Shown one piece after another: positions 19,352 through 29,764 of a stretch of DNA of 64,000 bases. The notes beneath the pieces were generated by a model, which saw nothing but the letters and a program-made list of their open reading frames with translations, did no database searches and was not told the DNA's origin. The DNA is from Nitrosopumilus sp. (GTDB lineage Archaea; Thermoproteota; Nitrososphaeria; Nitrososphaerales; Nitrosopumilaceae), in NCBI GenBank assembly GCA_965214775.1, contig OZ243974.1:832001-896000 (forward strand), written 5' to 3'. How positions within the stretch are numbered: position 1 is the first letter of the stretch; each line of letters begins with the position of its first letter. The position numbers and the translations under genes are program-made.

Positions 19352-19407
19352 TTTCTATGACGACTTTGCTAAAACGATTTTTATATGGACTTGGGTCAAC
19401 GACTTTC

Positions 19408-20562
19408 ATGGAAAAGGTTTGCGTTCTTGGTGCCGGAAGCACCAAATATGGCAAATTAGCCGACAGTATTGCCGATATCACCACACAGGCCTCAGTTGCA
19501 GCCATAGAAAGCGCAGGAATTGAGCCCAAGGAGATTGGGGCATCATACATCTCAAACGTATTTGGAGTAGCAGACAAACAAGTCCACATTGGTCCTGTCC
19601 TAATGAGCAGGCTGGGAATTCCCGACAAGCCGTCATTGACAATCGAATCTGCATGCGGAAGCGGCTCAGTTTCGTTCAGGGAAGCCTATGCAAACATTGC
19701 AGCAGGGTTTTATGATTGCCTTATTGCAACCGGTGTTGAAAAAGTGACTCATACTGGAACAGAATGGACTACGACATACTTTGCATATTGCTCGGACTTT
19801 TTCTACGAGGCCCAAGCAGGTGCGTCTTTTCCAGGATTGTTTGCATCAATGGCAAGGGCGTATCTCACAGAATTTGATGCGACAGAAGAAGACTTTGCCA
19901 AAGTCGCAGTAAAGAACCATGACAATGGGGCACTTAATCCAAAGGCCCACATGCAAAAGAAAATCACGGTTGATGATGTAATGAGTTCTGCAGTTGTTGC
20001 AAGTCCGTTGAAGCTTTACGACTGCTGTCCGTTCTCTGATGGAGCAAGCTCTGTTGTTTTATGTTCAGAAAAATTTGCAAAAGAACACGGAGGCGATTAT
20101 GTTGAAGTAATTGGTTCGGGCAGAGGCGGTTCACCTGCCGCATTACAGGGACGTGATCACATGACAACCATTCCAAGCACAAAGATTGCATCAAAAGCCG
20201 CATACAAGATGGCCGGAGTAGAGCCAAAAGATATTGACTTTGCAGAAGTTCACGACTGCTTTACAATTGCAGAGGTTGTTGACACTGAAGATCTAGGATT
20301 CTTTGAAAAGGGGCAGGGCGTTCAAGCCGTCAGAGAAGAAAGAACAAAGTTAAACTCGGATATTTCAATTAATCCTTCAGGCGGCCTTAAATCAAAGGGA
20401 CATCCAATTGGCGCAACCGGGATTGGCCAGGTAGTTGAAATGTATGATCAGCTAACCGGCAGTGCCGGCCAAAGATCGGTCAAGGGTGCGGAACTTGGCT
20501 TAACCCATAACTTTGGCGCAACCGGCGCAAGTTGTGCCGTTCATATTTTCCAGAGCGTCTAA
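19408..20562 (+). CDS. archaeal thiolase (acetyl-CoA C-acetyltransferase)
   Basis: ESACGSG, EVHDCFT, NPSGGLKSKGHPIGATG. Confidence 0.93.
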   Translation: MEKVCVLGAGSTKYGKLADSIADITTQASVAAIESAGIEPKEIGASYISNVFGVADKQVHIGPVLMSRLGIPDKPSLTIESACGSGSVSFREAYANIAAGFYDCLIATGVEKVTHTGTEWTTTYFAYCSDFFYEAQAGASFPGLFASMARAYLTEFDATEEDFAKVAVKNHDNGALNPKAHMQKKITVDDVMSSAVVASPLKLYDCCPFSDGASSVVLCSEKFAKEHGGDYVEVIGSGRGGSPAALQGRDHMTTIPSTKIASKAAYKMAGVEPKDIDFAEVHDCFTIAEVVDTEDLGFFEKGQGVQAVREERTKLNSDISINPSGGLKSKGHPIGATGIGQVVEMYDQLTGSAGQRSVKGAELGLTHNFGATGASCAVHIFQSV

Positions 20563-20563
20563 A

Positions 20564-20929
20564 ATGTCCATCGAAGAGCAAGTCATTGAAAATGCAAAGC
20601 AAGGAAGGCTTCTAACCCACAGATGTACTGATTGTGGACATCTTCATCTCTCGACTGCATACTATTGTAGGGAATGCGGAAGCAAGGGATTTGAGGATGT
20701 TTTGGTTGACGGAAAAGGCACCGTGGCTACCTATACCATCATTACTGTGGCCCCTGCTGGGTTTGAGAAATACACCCCATATGCCTTTGTGGTCCTGAAA
20801 TTAGACGGTGCTGACTTGAGAATATCTGGGTTTATGGAGGGAATCACCACTCCCGATGACCTGCCGGTTGGAACCCCCGCCAAAATCACTGGTTTTGACG
20901 AACGCGGCATTTTGATTCAAAAACAATAA
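20564..20929 (+). CDS. DUF35 Zn-ribbon/OB-fold thiolase partner
   Basis: CTDCG...CRECGS, GTVATYT; adjacent to the thiolase. Confidence 0.9.
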   Translation: MSIEEQVIENAKQGRLLTHRCTDCGHLHLSTAYYCRECGSKGFEDVLVDGKGTVATYTIITVAPAGFEKYTPYAFVVLKLDGADLRISGFMEGITTPDDLPVGTPAKITGFDERGILIQKQ

Positions 20930-20998
20930 AAATTTTTGTCCGAATTATTAAAAAAATTAAGATCGATTCTTAATTATTTTGTGTTTGCTGTATCAATC

Positions 20999-21160
20999 AT
21001 GTCTGTTGAAGTTACATGTGGCAAATGCGGTGAAAAGATCACCAGCATGAAAATGTTAAAGTCGCTCAAAGATGCGATGAAACCTTACAGCGGAAAATGC
21101 CCGTCGTGTGGACAAAAACTTTCTACGTCCGAGTTTTCTCTTGACGTTCAGGAAAGATGA
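20999..21160 (+). CDS. small zinc-ribbon protein
   Basis: CGKCG...CPSCG. Confidence 0.75.
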   Translation: MSVEVTCGKCGEKITSMKMLKSLKDAMKPYSGKCPSCGQKLSTSEFSLDVQER

Positions 21161-21326
21161 CGTCCCAAAATGATCACAGCGTGATCGATTTTCAATCCTT
21201 GAAAATTTTTTGAATATTTTTGATCCTGTCAGGAGAAAACTTTGTTCAATCAACATTCCAATGATCAAAAACTAAAAAAATGATCTGGTCACAAGTCTTA
21301 TTTACCTCCTTTTTTTAGAATCAGTT

Positions 21327-23486
21327 ATGAAAATGAGCAACGATGAGTTAGAACTGAATCTGGAGGATGATCTAGATGATGATTTTGACGAGGAGGAGGA
21401 TGATGATGACGAGGACTCGCCAAAAAGAAGCGGAGTATTACAATCCACATCAAAACGTGTAAGAATGATCTTCTCGGTCATGGCAAGCCCCAATAGAATT
21501 GACATCCTAAGAATTCTAAATTCCAAAGGCCCTTTGACTTATTCTGAGCTAAAATCACTGGCCGGTTTCAAATCTAAAAAAGAGAGTGGAAAATTTGCAT
21601 ACCACTTGAGAAAATTACTGAGACAGTCGCTTGTTGCATTAAACAAGTCCGAAAGGCGTTACACAATTACAAATCTTGGAAAACTTGTCATAAGTTTGGC
21701 AAGACAAATTGAGGAACGCTCCATCATTGAAAGTGGAAAGATGTATGTCAGAACATCACATGAATCCATCGAGGAATTCAATTCCCATAAAATTATTCAA
21801 TCGTTGGTTCGTGAAGGAAGTCTTCCGCTTGAACTAGCACAGAAAATCACTGAAGAGGTTGAAAATAGAATCTACAAATACCAAACAACCTATCTTACGG
21901 GCTCGTTAATCCGCGAAATGGTCAACTCTGTTCTTCTTGAGCACGGTCATGAGGAATACAGGAACAAACTTGCACGCCTGGGCATGCCTGCATTTGATGT
22001 CCAGGAAATGCTTTCGAACCTAGATGACGTAGATAACGGTACTGAAGGCCTTTTATTCCATACGGGACAAAGAGTCTTTGCAGAACGTTTACTGACCAAC
22101 ATTCTTCCAAAGGATGTTGCAGATTTCCACCTTTCTGGCGACCTGCACATAACGAATCCCGGAATCTGGTCCATGATACCTGATACGGTTTTTGTCAATA
22201 TCAAAGAACTCTTGGATAACGGAGTTGATCTTGGAGGAAAATATCTTGATGTTTCGAGACTTCCTGCATCAAAACGACTGGATGAAATCGCAAATTCATT
22301 ATCAATGATAATTTCGCTATTATCAAAAGAAGCCTCTCAGGAAATCGTTCTAGATGGAATGCCACAACTCTTTAGCAAACATTCAAAATCACTAGGAGAA
22401 CTTGAACAAAAGCTTACCAATGCATTTGCAATTGCATCCACTACTTCAAAGTATAACAAGACAAGCACGAACGTTTCAATCAGATTACAGCTAGGGACTG
22501 ACGCAAAAATCATCACTTCAATAATCAACGCATACAAAAACTACACAAAGTTCACACCGCAACCAAAAATTGGTTTGATAATCGATGTTGGAAAAGGAAA
22601 GATTACCGATGTTTCAGCAGATGCTGCAGAAATTATTTCCATTGGTGGAAAAATAATGTTTGCAAAAGGACAGACATCCAGCTATGGCATTACCAATGGT
22701 TCAGCTAAAAGTTCCGGTCCATTGACGATCATACTGCAGTCTGTCTCGATTAATTTGCCACGACTTGCGTTTGAGTCAAACAAGGATGAAACCTACTTTA
22801 GAGCAAGGCTTGCTTTGTTGATGAAACCGGCATTGTCTTCCATGGCATTAAGAAAGAAAGACATTTCTGATCTTACAAGAAGAGGTCTAAATCCAATTCT
22901 TGCAAAAAATACCCAATACATGCAAAAAAGCTCAATATCCCTTGTGATCAATCTAGTCGGACTAAAGGAGGCAGTGTTTAACATACTTGGATTCCAAGAA
23001 AACAGAGCAGGCAAGGGAATCCTGCACAAGGTGATAGAGACTGCAGTCGATGTTGCGGCCAAAAAAGGCAAGGAATTAGGCGATTCTGTGGCTATTTGCG
23101 TGTCTGAGACTGAGGGTTCTGAGAGGTTTACGACGCTAGACGGGGAAAAATATGGCAAAAATTCCGTTCTAATTTCAGAGGAAGGGGATTCCTATTCACA
23201 GGGCATCGTAATTAGCGCCTCAAAAGTAGGCGATTACACTGCAAAAAGTGCGCCTATCTCCGAATGCAACAAACTCGCCAAATTGCTCAACGGGGGCTTG
23301 CTTGTAAATCTGGACATTGACAAAAATGCCAAAGTTGCAGATATTAAAAAGTCTATTGAAAAGACTGCCAAACTTACTGCCTCCTTTAGGCCGGTCAAAG
23401 AGATCGCAATTTGTGGCGAATGTGGCTTCAAAGACAGGCCGTTTAAGGACAAATGTCCAAAGTGCAAGTCGCCATACATTGTCTGA
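21327..23486 (+). CDS. ArsR-type HTH + ATP-cone + degenerate class III RNR (NrdD)-like fusion
   Basis: N-terminal wHTH (NRIDILRIL...FAYHLRKL), ATP-cone (VRTS...EEFNSHKI), SINLPRLA, C-terminal CxxC...CPxC. Confidence 0.8.
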   Translation: MKMSNDELELNLEDDLDDDFDEEEDDDDEDSPKRSGVLQSTSKRVRMIFSVMASPNRIDILRILNSKGPLTYSELKSLAGFKSKKESGKFAYHLRKLLRQSLVALNKSERRYTITNLGKLVISLARQIEERSIIESGKMYVRTSHESIEEFNSHKIIQSLVREGSLPLELAQKITEEVENRIYKYQTTYLTGSLIREMVNSVLLEHGHEEYRNKLARLGMPAFDVQEMLSNLDDVDNGTEGLLFHTGQRVFAERLLTNILPKDVADFHLSGDLHITNPGIWSMIPDTVFVNIKELLDNGVDLGGKYLDVSRLPASKRLDEIANSLSMIISLLSKEASQEIVLDGMPQLFSKHSKSLGELEQKLTNAFAIASTTSKYNKTSTNVSIRLQLGTDAKIITSIINAYKNYTKFTPQPKIGLIIDVGKGKITDVSADAAEIISIGGKIMFAKGQTSSYGITNGSAKSSGPLTIILQSVSINLPRLAFESNKDETYFRARLALLMKPALSSMALRKKDISDLTRRGLNPILAKNTQYMQKSSISLVINLVGLKEAVFNILGFQENRAGKGILHKVIETAVDVAAKKGKELGDSVAICVSETEGSERFTTLDGEKYGKNSVLISEEGDSYSQGIVISASKVGDYTAKSAPISECNKLAKLLNGGLLVNLDIDKNAKVADIKKSIEKTAKLTASFRPVKEIAICGECGFKDRPFKDKCPKCKSPYIV

Positions 23487-23688
23487 AAAGCGTTAATCAG
23501 AAACTAACTACGATCATTTTTCAAAATTTTTTGTTCCATTTCAGATCGACGATGATCGCAGTATTGCGCGCAGTTGGCCGGTATGAAGTCCATAGTAACG
23601 GTGTCAATATTTTTGAACCGAGTTTGAAGAAAAAATTTCAGAATGAGTTATAACTACATTGATCATAACCCCTGCGGGGAGGTTATAA

Positions 23689-26600
23689 TTGGATAATTCA
23701 CAAATAGAAAATACGATCAGTGAGATCCGTAAGCGCAGCGGCGCAGTCACGGTTTTCAACCAAGATAAGATTTCAAATGCCATTTATAGGGCACTGGCAG
23801 CCACCTCTAAAGCCGATCGTGGCCTAGCCGATCAACTGGCAGGCAAGGTAGTTGACAAGCTCGTAGAACAGGGATTTACCAGTTCTAGAACACCCACAGT
23901 CGAGGACATTCAGGACATTGTGGAATCAACGCTGATCGACAGCGGAAATAGCGATATTGCCAAGGCATACATCGTCTACAGGCATGAGAGAAGAAAACTA
24001 AGAGAAGAGAAGATGAAGGTCTTGAATCTAAAGTCGTTGGATCCCGTATCTAAGAAATTTGATTTGAACTGCCTCAGGGTACTTGCATCAAGATACCTGT
24101 TCAGAAACGGCAAAAACGAGATTGTTGAATCGCCAACTCAGATGTTTGAAAGGGTCGCAATCCTGGTAGGCATAGGTGATCTGTTGCATGATTCGCGAAT
24201 CTTTGACAAGTCGGCAAGCTCAAAACAGGATGCAGATGAAGCAAAGTCCTATCTTGAAAAACTGGATGCCTTTGACTACAAGTTCAAAATTGGGAAGCAC
24301 TACCTCAACAAGTGGCATTTCAGATCCCTGATCAACCACTATGTCACTCTAGCAGACAAAGATCAAATGAAAGTCAGCTTCAAAGATCTTCTAACACTGA
24401 TTGCAGAAAAGAAACTGGATGATTGTGCAGATAAAATCTCAGAATACTTTGAGCTGATGGTTTCACAGGACTTCCTGCCAAACTCTCCAACGATGATGAA
24501 TGCGGGCGGAAGATTAGGACAACTGTCAGCATGTTTCGTTCTCGGAATGGAAGACGGAATGGAACAGATCATGAAATCCACGTCAGACGCCGCATTAATC
24601 TTCAAGTCCGGCGGCGGCGTCGGAATCAACTATTCTGATCTTCGCGAAGAAGGCGACATTGTTGCGTCAACTTCAGGCGTGGCATCCGGTCCCGTATCAT
24701 TCATGAACATCATCAATACGGTCACCGAGGTAGTCAAGCAGGGAGGAAAACGGCGTGGTGCAAACATGGGAATCATCGAAGCATGGCATCCTGATGTTGA
24801 GAAGTTCATCACAAACAAGACCGAACCGGGAGTCCTGGAGAACTTTAATGTAAGCGTTGGAATCTGGGAGGACTTTTGGCATTCGCTTGTTAATACGTCT
24901 GATGGGAATTACATTCTACGAAGCCCGCGCGACAAAAAGCCTGTCAAGGAAATCAATTCACACCAATTAATTGATTTGATTGCACTATCAGCATGGAAGA
25001 GCGCAGAACCTGGCCTGATCTTCTTTGATCAGATCAACAAATACAACGTCTTTGCAAAGGCAAGACAGGCGCCATTAAGGGCTACAAACCCCTGCGTTAC
25101 TGCAGACACCTGGGTTGCAACGGTTCACGGTCCAAGGATGGTGCAAGATATCATTGACAAGCCGGCTACAATGTTTCTTGGCGGCAGGACATGGGGTACG
25201 GAGGGATTCTTTTGTACAGGAACAAAGCAGGTTTACTCCCTGAAAACAAGGGAGGGATTTGAGCTAAGACTGACTGCAGACCACAAGGTGCTTACAGTAA
25301 AAGAGCAGGCAAGGTACGGACAGGCCACGCAGTGGAAAAAGGCAAGCCAGCTGTCAAAAGATGACAGGATAATCCTTGATGATTGTAGATTCTACGAGTG
25401 GGATGGCAAGCATGACAAACCAGAAGGCTATGTGATCGGTCTTTTGGTCGGGGACGGCAGTCACATCAAAAGGAGCAAAGTTGCCCTGTCGTCTTCACTG
25501 GGTGGTGAGAGTAGTGGCAACGTCAATGTCAGCGAGCAGGTGATGCAGCGTGTAAATAATGACATGTCATACAGCTCTGACTTTGCAGGATGGATCAAGG
25601 TGGCAGGACGTAAAGAATACGCGTTGCAGCTCCCATCAATAAACAGACTTGCAGAATCATTGGGCCTGTGTCGTTCCCACAAAACCATAACACCGCAAAT
25701 CGAAAAGGCATCATCTGAATTCTACAGGGGATTTTTGCAGGGACTCTTTGATGCAGACGGAACAATAGTTGGAAATCAGGCCAAAGGCGTGTCAGTCAGA
25801 CTGGCACAAAGCGATCTCAGGATACTCCAAGCAACCCAGAGAATGCTGCAAAGGCTGGGCATCATTTCCAAAATCCATCAAAATAAAAGGCCAGAACATG
25901 ACACGATAATGCTTCCTGACGGCAAGGGCAAAATCGGACCACGCCACACAAAGGCACGACATGAACTGGCCATCTCAGGCCAGAACGTTCTCAGATTCTC
26001 ACAAGTGATAGGTTTTGCAGACACTGACAAGATGCACAGACTGGATTATGCGTTATCATCATGCCGCCAGAACAGCCTCAAAAAAGAGAGGTTCACTGCA
26101 ACCGTTCTGGAATTGGTTCCAGAGGGAACAGAACCGGTCTATGACGTAATGGTTCCAGGCGCAAACGCCTTTGACGCAAACGGCGTTGTAGCCCATAATT
26201 GTGGCGAACAGAGCCTCTACCCGTACGAATCATGCAATCTTGGCTCAATCAACTTGGCCAACCTTGTCAAAAGGCAGGCTGACGGAACCTATGAGTTTGA
26301 TTGGCAGAGATACGAAGAGACGATCAGAAAAACAACCCGTTTCCTGGATAACATCATTGACGTAAACCACTATCCTGTAAATGAGATCAACGTGGCTTCA
26401 AAGGAATCAAGAAGAATAGGATTGGGCGTTATGGGTGTGGCCGATCTGCTATACAGGCTTCGAATCCCGTACAACTCCAAAGAGGGATACGAGCTCCAGT
26501 CAAAGCTGTCCGAGGCGCTGACTTACTACTCCATGGAAGAAAGCGTCGCTCTGGCAAAAACCAGGGGCGAATTCCCGCTCTGTTCAAAGACCGAATATCC

Positions 26601-27447
26601 GGAGGGAAAGATTCCCGTGGCCGGATACTATGAGAAGCCAAAAGAGTCCCACTCCTATGAATGGGATGCGCTGATTGAGAAGATCAAACAATACGGAATC
26701 AGAAACGTGCTGACAACGACTGTTGCTCCAACCGGCACGTTATCCATGATTGCAGACTGTTCAAACGGAATGGAGCCTGCATTTGCCCTGGTCTTTGAGA
26801 AGAGAGTCACTGTCGGCAGGTTCTTTTATACGAACAAGATTATCGAGGAGGCACTCAAGGAGTATGGCCTTTACAACGATGAGATCCTTGCAAAGATTGC
26901 AGACAACTATGGCTCCCTGAAGGGAATTGATAAAATCCCGCAATGGATGCAAGACGTGTTTGTTACAGCCATGGACATCCACTGGGCCGATCATTTGATG
27001 GCCCAGGGCGTGTGGCAGGACTGGATTGGAAACGCAATTGCAAAGACAATCAACATGCCATATGACGTAACTGCCGAGGACGTAAAATCCGCATACCTTC
27101 TGGCACACGAACTGGGCCTAAAGGGAATCACGGTTTATCGTGACGGCTCCAGACACAAGCAGGTTCTTCACATGACAAGCGAAAACGCACAAAAGACGTT
27201 TGATGTTTCCCCGAGCAAACACGTCACCGGGTTTGTAACCGAACACATTACCAACCCGTACATCAAATCCCAAGTCAATGCGGCGCTCGCGCTCAGGGTT
27301 CACGACGAAGAGATAGTGGCCGAGCCTCAGAAACAAGAGGAGGTTCCAGAGGATCGCCTGTGCCCGACTTGCAAAAACAACCTTGTCTTTGTTGAAGGTT
27401 GTAGCATCTGCATCGAGTGTGGATACAGCGGCTGCAATTCCGGATAG
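23689..27447 (+). CDS. nrdJ: adenosylcobalamin-dependent (class II) ribonucleotide reductase with intein
   Basis: ATP-cone, PNSPT, QLSACF, GGGVG, ATNP|CGEQ, APTGT, TVYRDGSR, C-terminal CPxC...CxxC. Confidence 0.95.
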   Translation: MDNSQIENTISEIRKRSGAVTVFNQDKISNAIYRALAATSKADRGLADQLAGKVVDKLVEQGFTSSRTPTVEDIQDIVESTLIDSGNSDIAKAYIVYRHERRKLREEKMKVLNLKSLDPVSKKFDLNCLRVLASRYLFRNGKNEIVESPTQMFERVAILVGIGDLLHDSRIFDKSASSKQDADEAKSYLEKLDAFDYKFKIGKHYLNKWHFRSLINHYVTLADKDQMKVSFKDLLTLIAEKKLDDCADKISEYFELMVSQDFLPNSPTMMNAGGRLGQLSACFVLGMEDGMEQIMKSTSDAALIFKSGGGVGINYSDLREEGDIVASTSGVASGPVSFMNIINTVTEVVKQGGKRRGANMGIIEAWHPDVEKFITNKTEPGVLENFNVSVGIWEDFWHSLVNTSDGNYILRSPRDKKPVKEINSHQLIDLIALSAWKSAEPGLIFFDQINKYNVFAKARQAPLRATNPCVTADTWVATVHGPRMVQDIIDKPATMFLGGRTWGTEGFFCTGTKQVYSLKTREGFELRLTADHKVLTVKEQARYGQATQWKKASQLSKDDRIILDDCRFYEWDGKHDKPEGYVIGLLVGDGSHIKRSKVALSSSLGGESSGNVNVSEQVMQRVNNDMSYSSDFAGWIKVAGRKEYALQLPSINRLAESLGLCRSHKTITPQIEKASSEFYRGFLQGLFDADGTIVGNQAKGVSVRLAQSDLRILQATQRMLQRLGIISKIHQNKRPEHDTIMLPDGKGKIGPRHTKARHELAISGQNVLRFSQVIGFADTDKMHRLDYALSSCRQNSLKKERFTATVLELVPEGTEPVYDVMVPGANAFDANGVVAHNCGEQSLYPYESCNLGSINLANLVKRQADGTYEFDWQRYEETIRKTTRFLDNIIDVNHYPVNEINVASKESRRIGLGVMGVADLLYRLRIPYNSKEGYELQSKLSEALTYYSMEESVALAKTRGEFPLCSKTEYPEGKIPVAGYYEKPKESHSYEWDALIEKIKQYGIRNVLTTTVAPTGTLSMIADCSNGMEPAFALVFEKRVTVGRFFYTNKIIEEALKEYGLYNDEILAKIADNYGSLKGIDKIPQWMQDVFVTAMDIHWADHLMAQGVWQDWIGNAIAKTINMPYDVTAEDVKSAYLLAHELGLKGITVYRDGSRHKQVLHMTSENAQKTFDVSPSKHVTGFVTEHITNPYIKSQVNAALALRVHDEEIVAEPQKQEEVPEDRLCPTCKNNLVFVEGCSICIECGYSGCNSG
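25093..26199 (+). mobile_element. intein (369 aa) with LAGLIDADG homing endonuclease
   Basis: Begins CVTADT, block B LTADH, ends VVAHN/C; IGLLVGDG and LQGLFDADG motifs. Confidence 0.93.
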
Positions 27448-27498
27448 ATATCAACAGAATCACAACTTTTTTTTACTTTCCCTTCTTTCTCGTTCTTC

Positions 27499-28617
27499 AT
27501 GGACAAGAAAATTCCAGGCTTGATTGCAGGGGCAGTTGTTGCCGCAATCATCTCCGGAGTATTTTTGACCCTTTCGGATTCCGAAGTGATATCCCAAGAA
27601 CCGAATGAAAAAATAGGTCTTGCAGTCAATGCCCCGTTCCAATCCGTATCACCGCAGCAGATTGACGGGATTTTTACTGATGCGTCGGCTACAGGAATCG
27701 GAAGAAGCAATGTCTACTTGTTTTGGAACATCATAGAGCCCCAGCGTGGAAACTTTGATTGGAGGCAGTCTGATATCCTGATGGGCCTCAATGAAAAAAA
27801 TGATCTCAGGGTAACTCTATACTTTTCAGTAATTAACGGGCCTACGCTAGGACCGTTTCCAGACTGGATTGGAAGGCCCCCACTCGGCTCAATTGGCCAG
27901 GACAGGCTGGTTAGCGTTCTAGATGAGGTTTTGTCAAGATACCACATCGTAGATACAGTAATCATTGCCGGAGAAACCGAATCACAGTTTAGAAATTCGC
28001 CAGAAGACATTCCCGTATATCAGGAATTGTTTTCAGGAGTTTATGACAGGCTAAAACAAAAGCATCCGGACGTAAAATTTGGCAATTCGTTTGGGCTTCA
28101 TCATGTCTTGAACAAGGGTTTAGATCACATAGTCACTGATCTTGCAATGGGCGATTTTGTCGCCTTTTCCTATTTTCCTGTAGACAGCCTAAATGACATC
28201 GTCAAGTCTCCAGAACAGGCAAAAGATGATTTGCTCAAGGTATTTGAAATGGTACCAGACAGAAAGGTGGCGTTTTTTGAAACCAGCTGGAGTTCTTCGG
28301 GTTTTGTAGGCGGCACTGAGACTTCCCAGCGGGAATTTTTGAAGGAGGCGTTTGAATTTTATTCAGAAAACGAGTCTCAGATCGAATTTATGACATGGTA
28401 TCGCCAATATGACAAGCCGGAAGGAACCTGTGCGTCTGAGCGTCAAGACGTGGGCGATGAAAGCATATCAATCGGGGGCGGCTCCGGCCTGGGCAGCAGT
28501 GATCATGTTATTGAACGGCTGAATCATTATGTCTGCAACGCAGGACTAGTCAGGACAGACGGAAGCCCAAAGCCCGCATGGAGTGAGTTCAAAAATCAGA
28601 TTGAATCGATAAAATAA
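27499..28617 (+). CDS. membrane-anchored glycoside-hydrolase-like (TIM-barrel) protein
   Basis: N-terminal TM; WNIIEPQRGNFDW, FSYFP, FFETSW, PKPAW, reminiscent of clan GH-A. Confidence 0.65.
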   Translation: MDKKIPGLIAGAVVAAIISGVFLTLSDSEVISQEPNEKIGLAVNAPFQSVSPQQIDGIFTDASATGIGRSNVYLFWNIIEPQRGNFDWRQSDILMGLNEKNDLRVTLYFSVINGPTLGPFPDWIGRPPLGSIGQDRLVSVLDEVLSRYHIVDTVIIAGETESQFRNSPEDIPVYQELFSGVYDRLKQKHPDVKFGNSFGLHHVLNKGLDHIVTDLAMGDFVAFSYFPVDSLNDIVKSPEQAKDDLLKVFEMVPDRKVAFFETSWSSSGFVGGTETSQREFLKEAFEFYSENESQIEFMTWYRQYDKPEGTCASERQDVGDESISIGGGSGLGSSDHVIERLNHYVCNAGLVRTDGSPKPAWSEFKNQIESIK

Positions 28618-28619
28618 GC

Positions 28620-29288
28620 ATGATCTCCCTAATTCTTTCAGAATCCTCATTAGAACTTGTTCCAGTCAAGTTAAGACGCCATCCCTCGGTAATTTCTCAT
28701 GCAAGAAAATTGGGCAAGCTTCCCTCGGAAATTTTGCTTGACAACTCTTGGCATTTTGCAGCAATGAAGGGAATGGAAAACGAACTTAAACGCGGCAGGC
28801 CTGATCTTGTACACTTTTCCATACTAGAGGCAACGACAATTCCGCTATACCTAAAAAACAGACTCAGGCTTTATGTTCATACGATTGATGACAGGGTGAT
28901 CTCCTTTAGTCAAAACATCCGCATCCCAAGGTCATATCACAGATTTGCAGGCTTGATTGAAAAGCTGTACAAAGAAAAGGAGATCTCCTCAGAGGAAGAA
29001 ACCTTACTGACAGTTAAGGATCAAACCTTTTCCGGACTGCTTCAAGAGATCAATCCCTCGAAAACCATAGGATTTTCCACCCGGGGGACTGCACAAACAT
29101 ACGAACAGTCGGCCTCGAAAATTCCCGAAGGCGGATGCATTGTCATTGGCGGCTTTCAGAAGGGGCATTTTTCCAACTCCGTCTCAGATAAAGTTGACGA
29201 GATTTACTCCGTCGGAGACGAATCCTTTGAGGGACATGTTGTTGTTGCCAGACTGCTGTACGAATGCGAAAAAACCATTTTTATGTAG
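28620..29288 (+). CDS. nep1: rRNA small-subunit pseudouridine methyltransferase Nep1
   Basis: RGRPDLVH, RIPRSYHRF, IGGFQKGHF. Confidence 0.92.
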   Translation: MISLILSESSLELVPVKLRRHPSVISHARKLGKLPSEILLDNSWHFAAMKGMENELKRGRPDLVHFSILEATTIPLYLKNRLRLYVHTIDDRVISFSQNIRIPRSYHRFAGLIEKLYKEKEISSEEETLLTVKDQTFSGLLQEINPSKTIGFSTRGTAQTYEQSASKIPEGGCIVIGGFQKGHFSNSVSDKVDEIYSVGDESFEGHVVVARLLYECEKTIFM

Positions 29289-29310
29289 GCGGCAAATTTT
29301 GCACTCTGTT

Positions 29311-29384
29311 GCAGCCATCGTATAGCCTGGTTAGTATTCGGGGTTTCCAACCCTGCGACGCGGGTTCGAATCCCGCTGACTGCA
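29311..29384 (+). tRNA. tRNA-Gly (TCC)
   Basis: Cloverleaf: D-arm gtatagcctggttagtat, anticodon loop tttccaa, T-arm gcgggttcgaatcccgc. Confidence 0.92.
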
Positions 29385-29431
29385 CCCTTTATCACAACAA
29401 CGAATTAGTACCTGTTGCCCTGTGCTAGATT

Positions 29432-29734
29432 ATGAAACCCGCACTGCGGCAACTGGCCATTAAGCGAATGGGGATTTTAATCGACAATGCAATTAGTAAT
29501 TCAAAGTCAAACCCGGAACTTTCACAACGACAGGCGTTACTTGCAAGAAGGATTAGCACGAGGCACAAGATTCGGATGCCTTATAATCTGAGAATTGTTT
29601 TCTGCAAAAAATGTAAATCCTTTATCGCACCAGGACTGAACTCGCGAATCCGTGTTGGCAGGACCCCTGTCAAGTCGATCAGGATATCTTGCAACCTGTG
29701 CGGGCATACCTATCGCAAAATAATATCTCAATGA
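29432..29734 (+). CDS. rnp4: RNase P protein component 4 (Rpp21)
   Basis: FCKKC...PG...RIR...CNLCG. Confidence 0.9.
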   Translation: MKPALRQLAIKRMGILIDNAISNSKSNPELSQRQALLARRISTRHKIRMPYNLRIVFCKKCKSFIAPGLNSRIRVGRTPVKSIRISCNLCGHTYRKIISQ

Positions 29735-29764
29735 TTTATAAGACGATTCTCGATTTTTTGCTTC

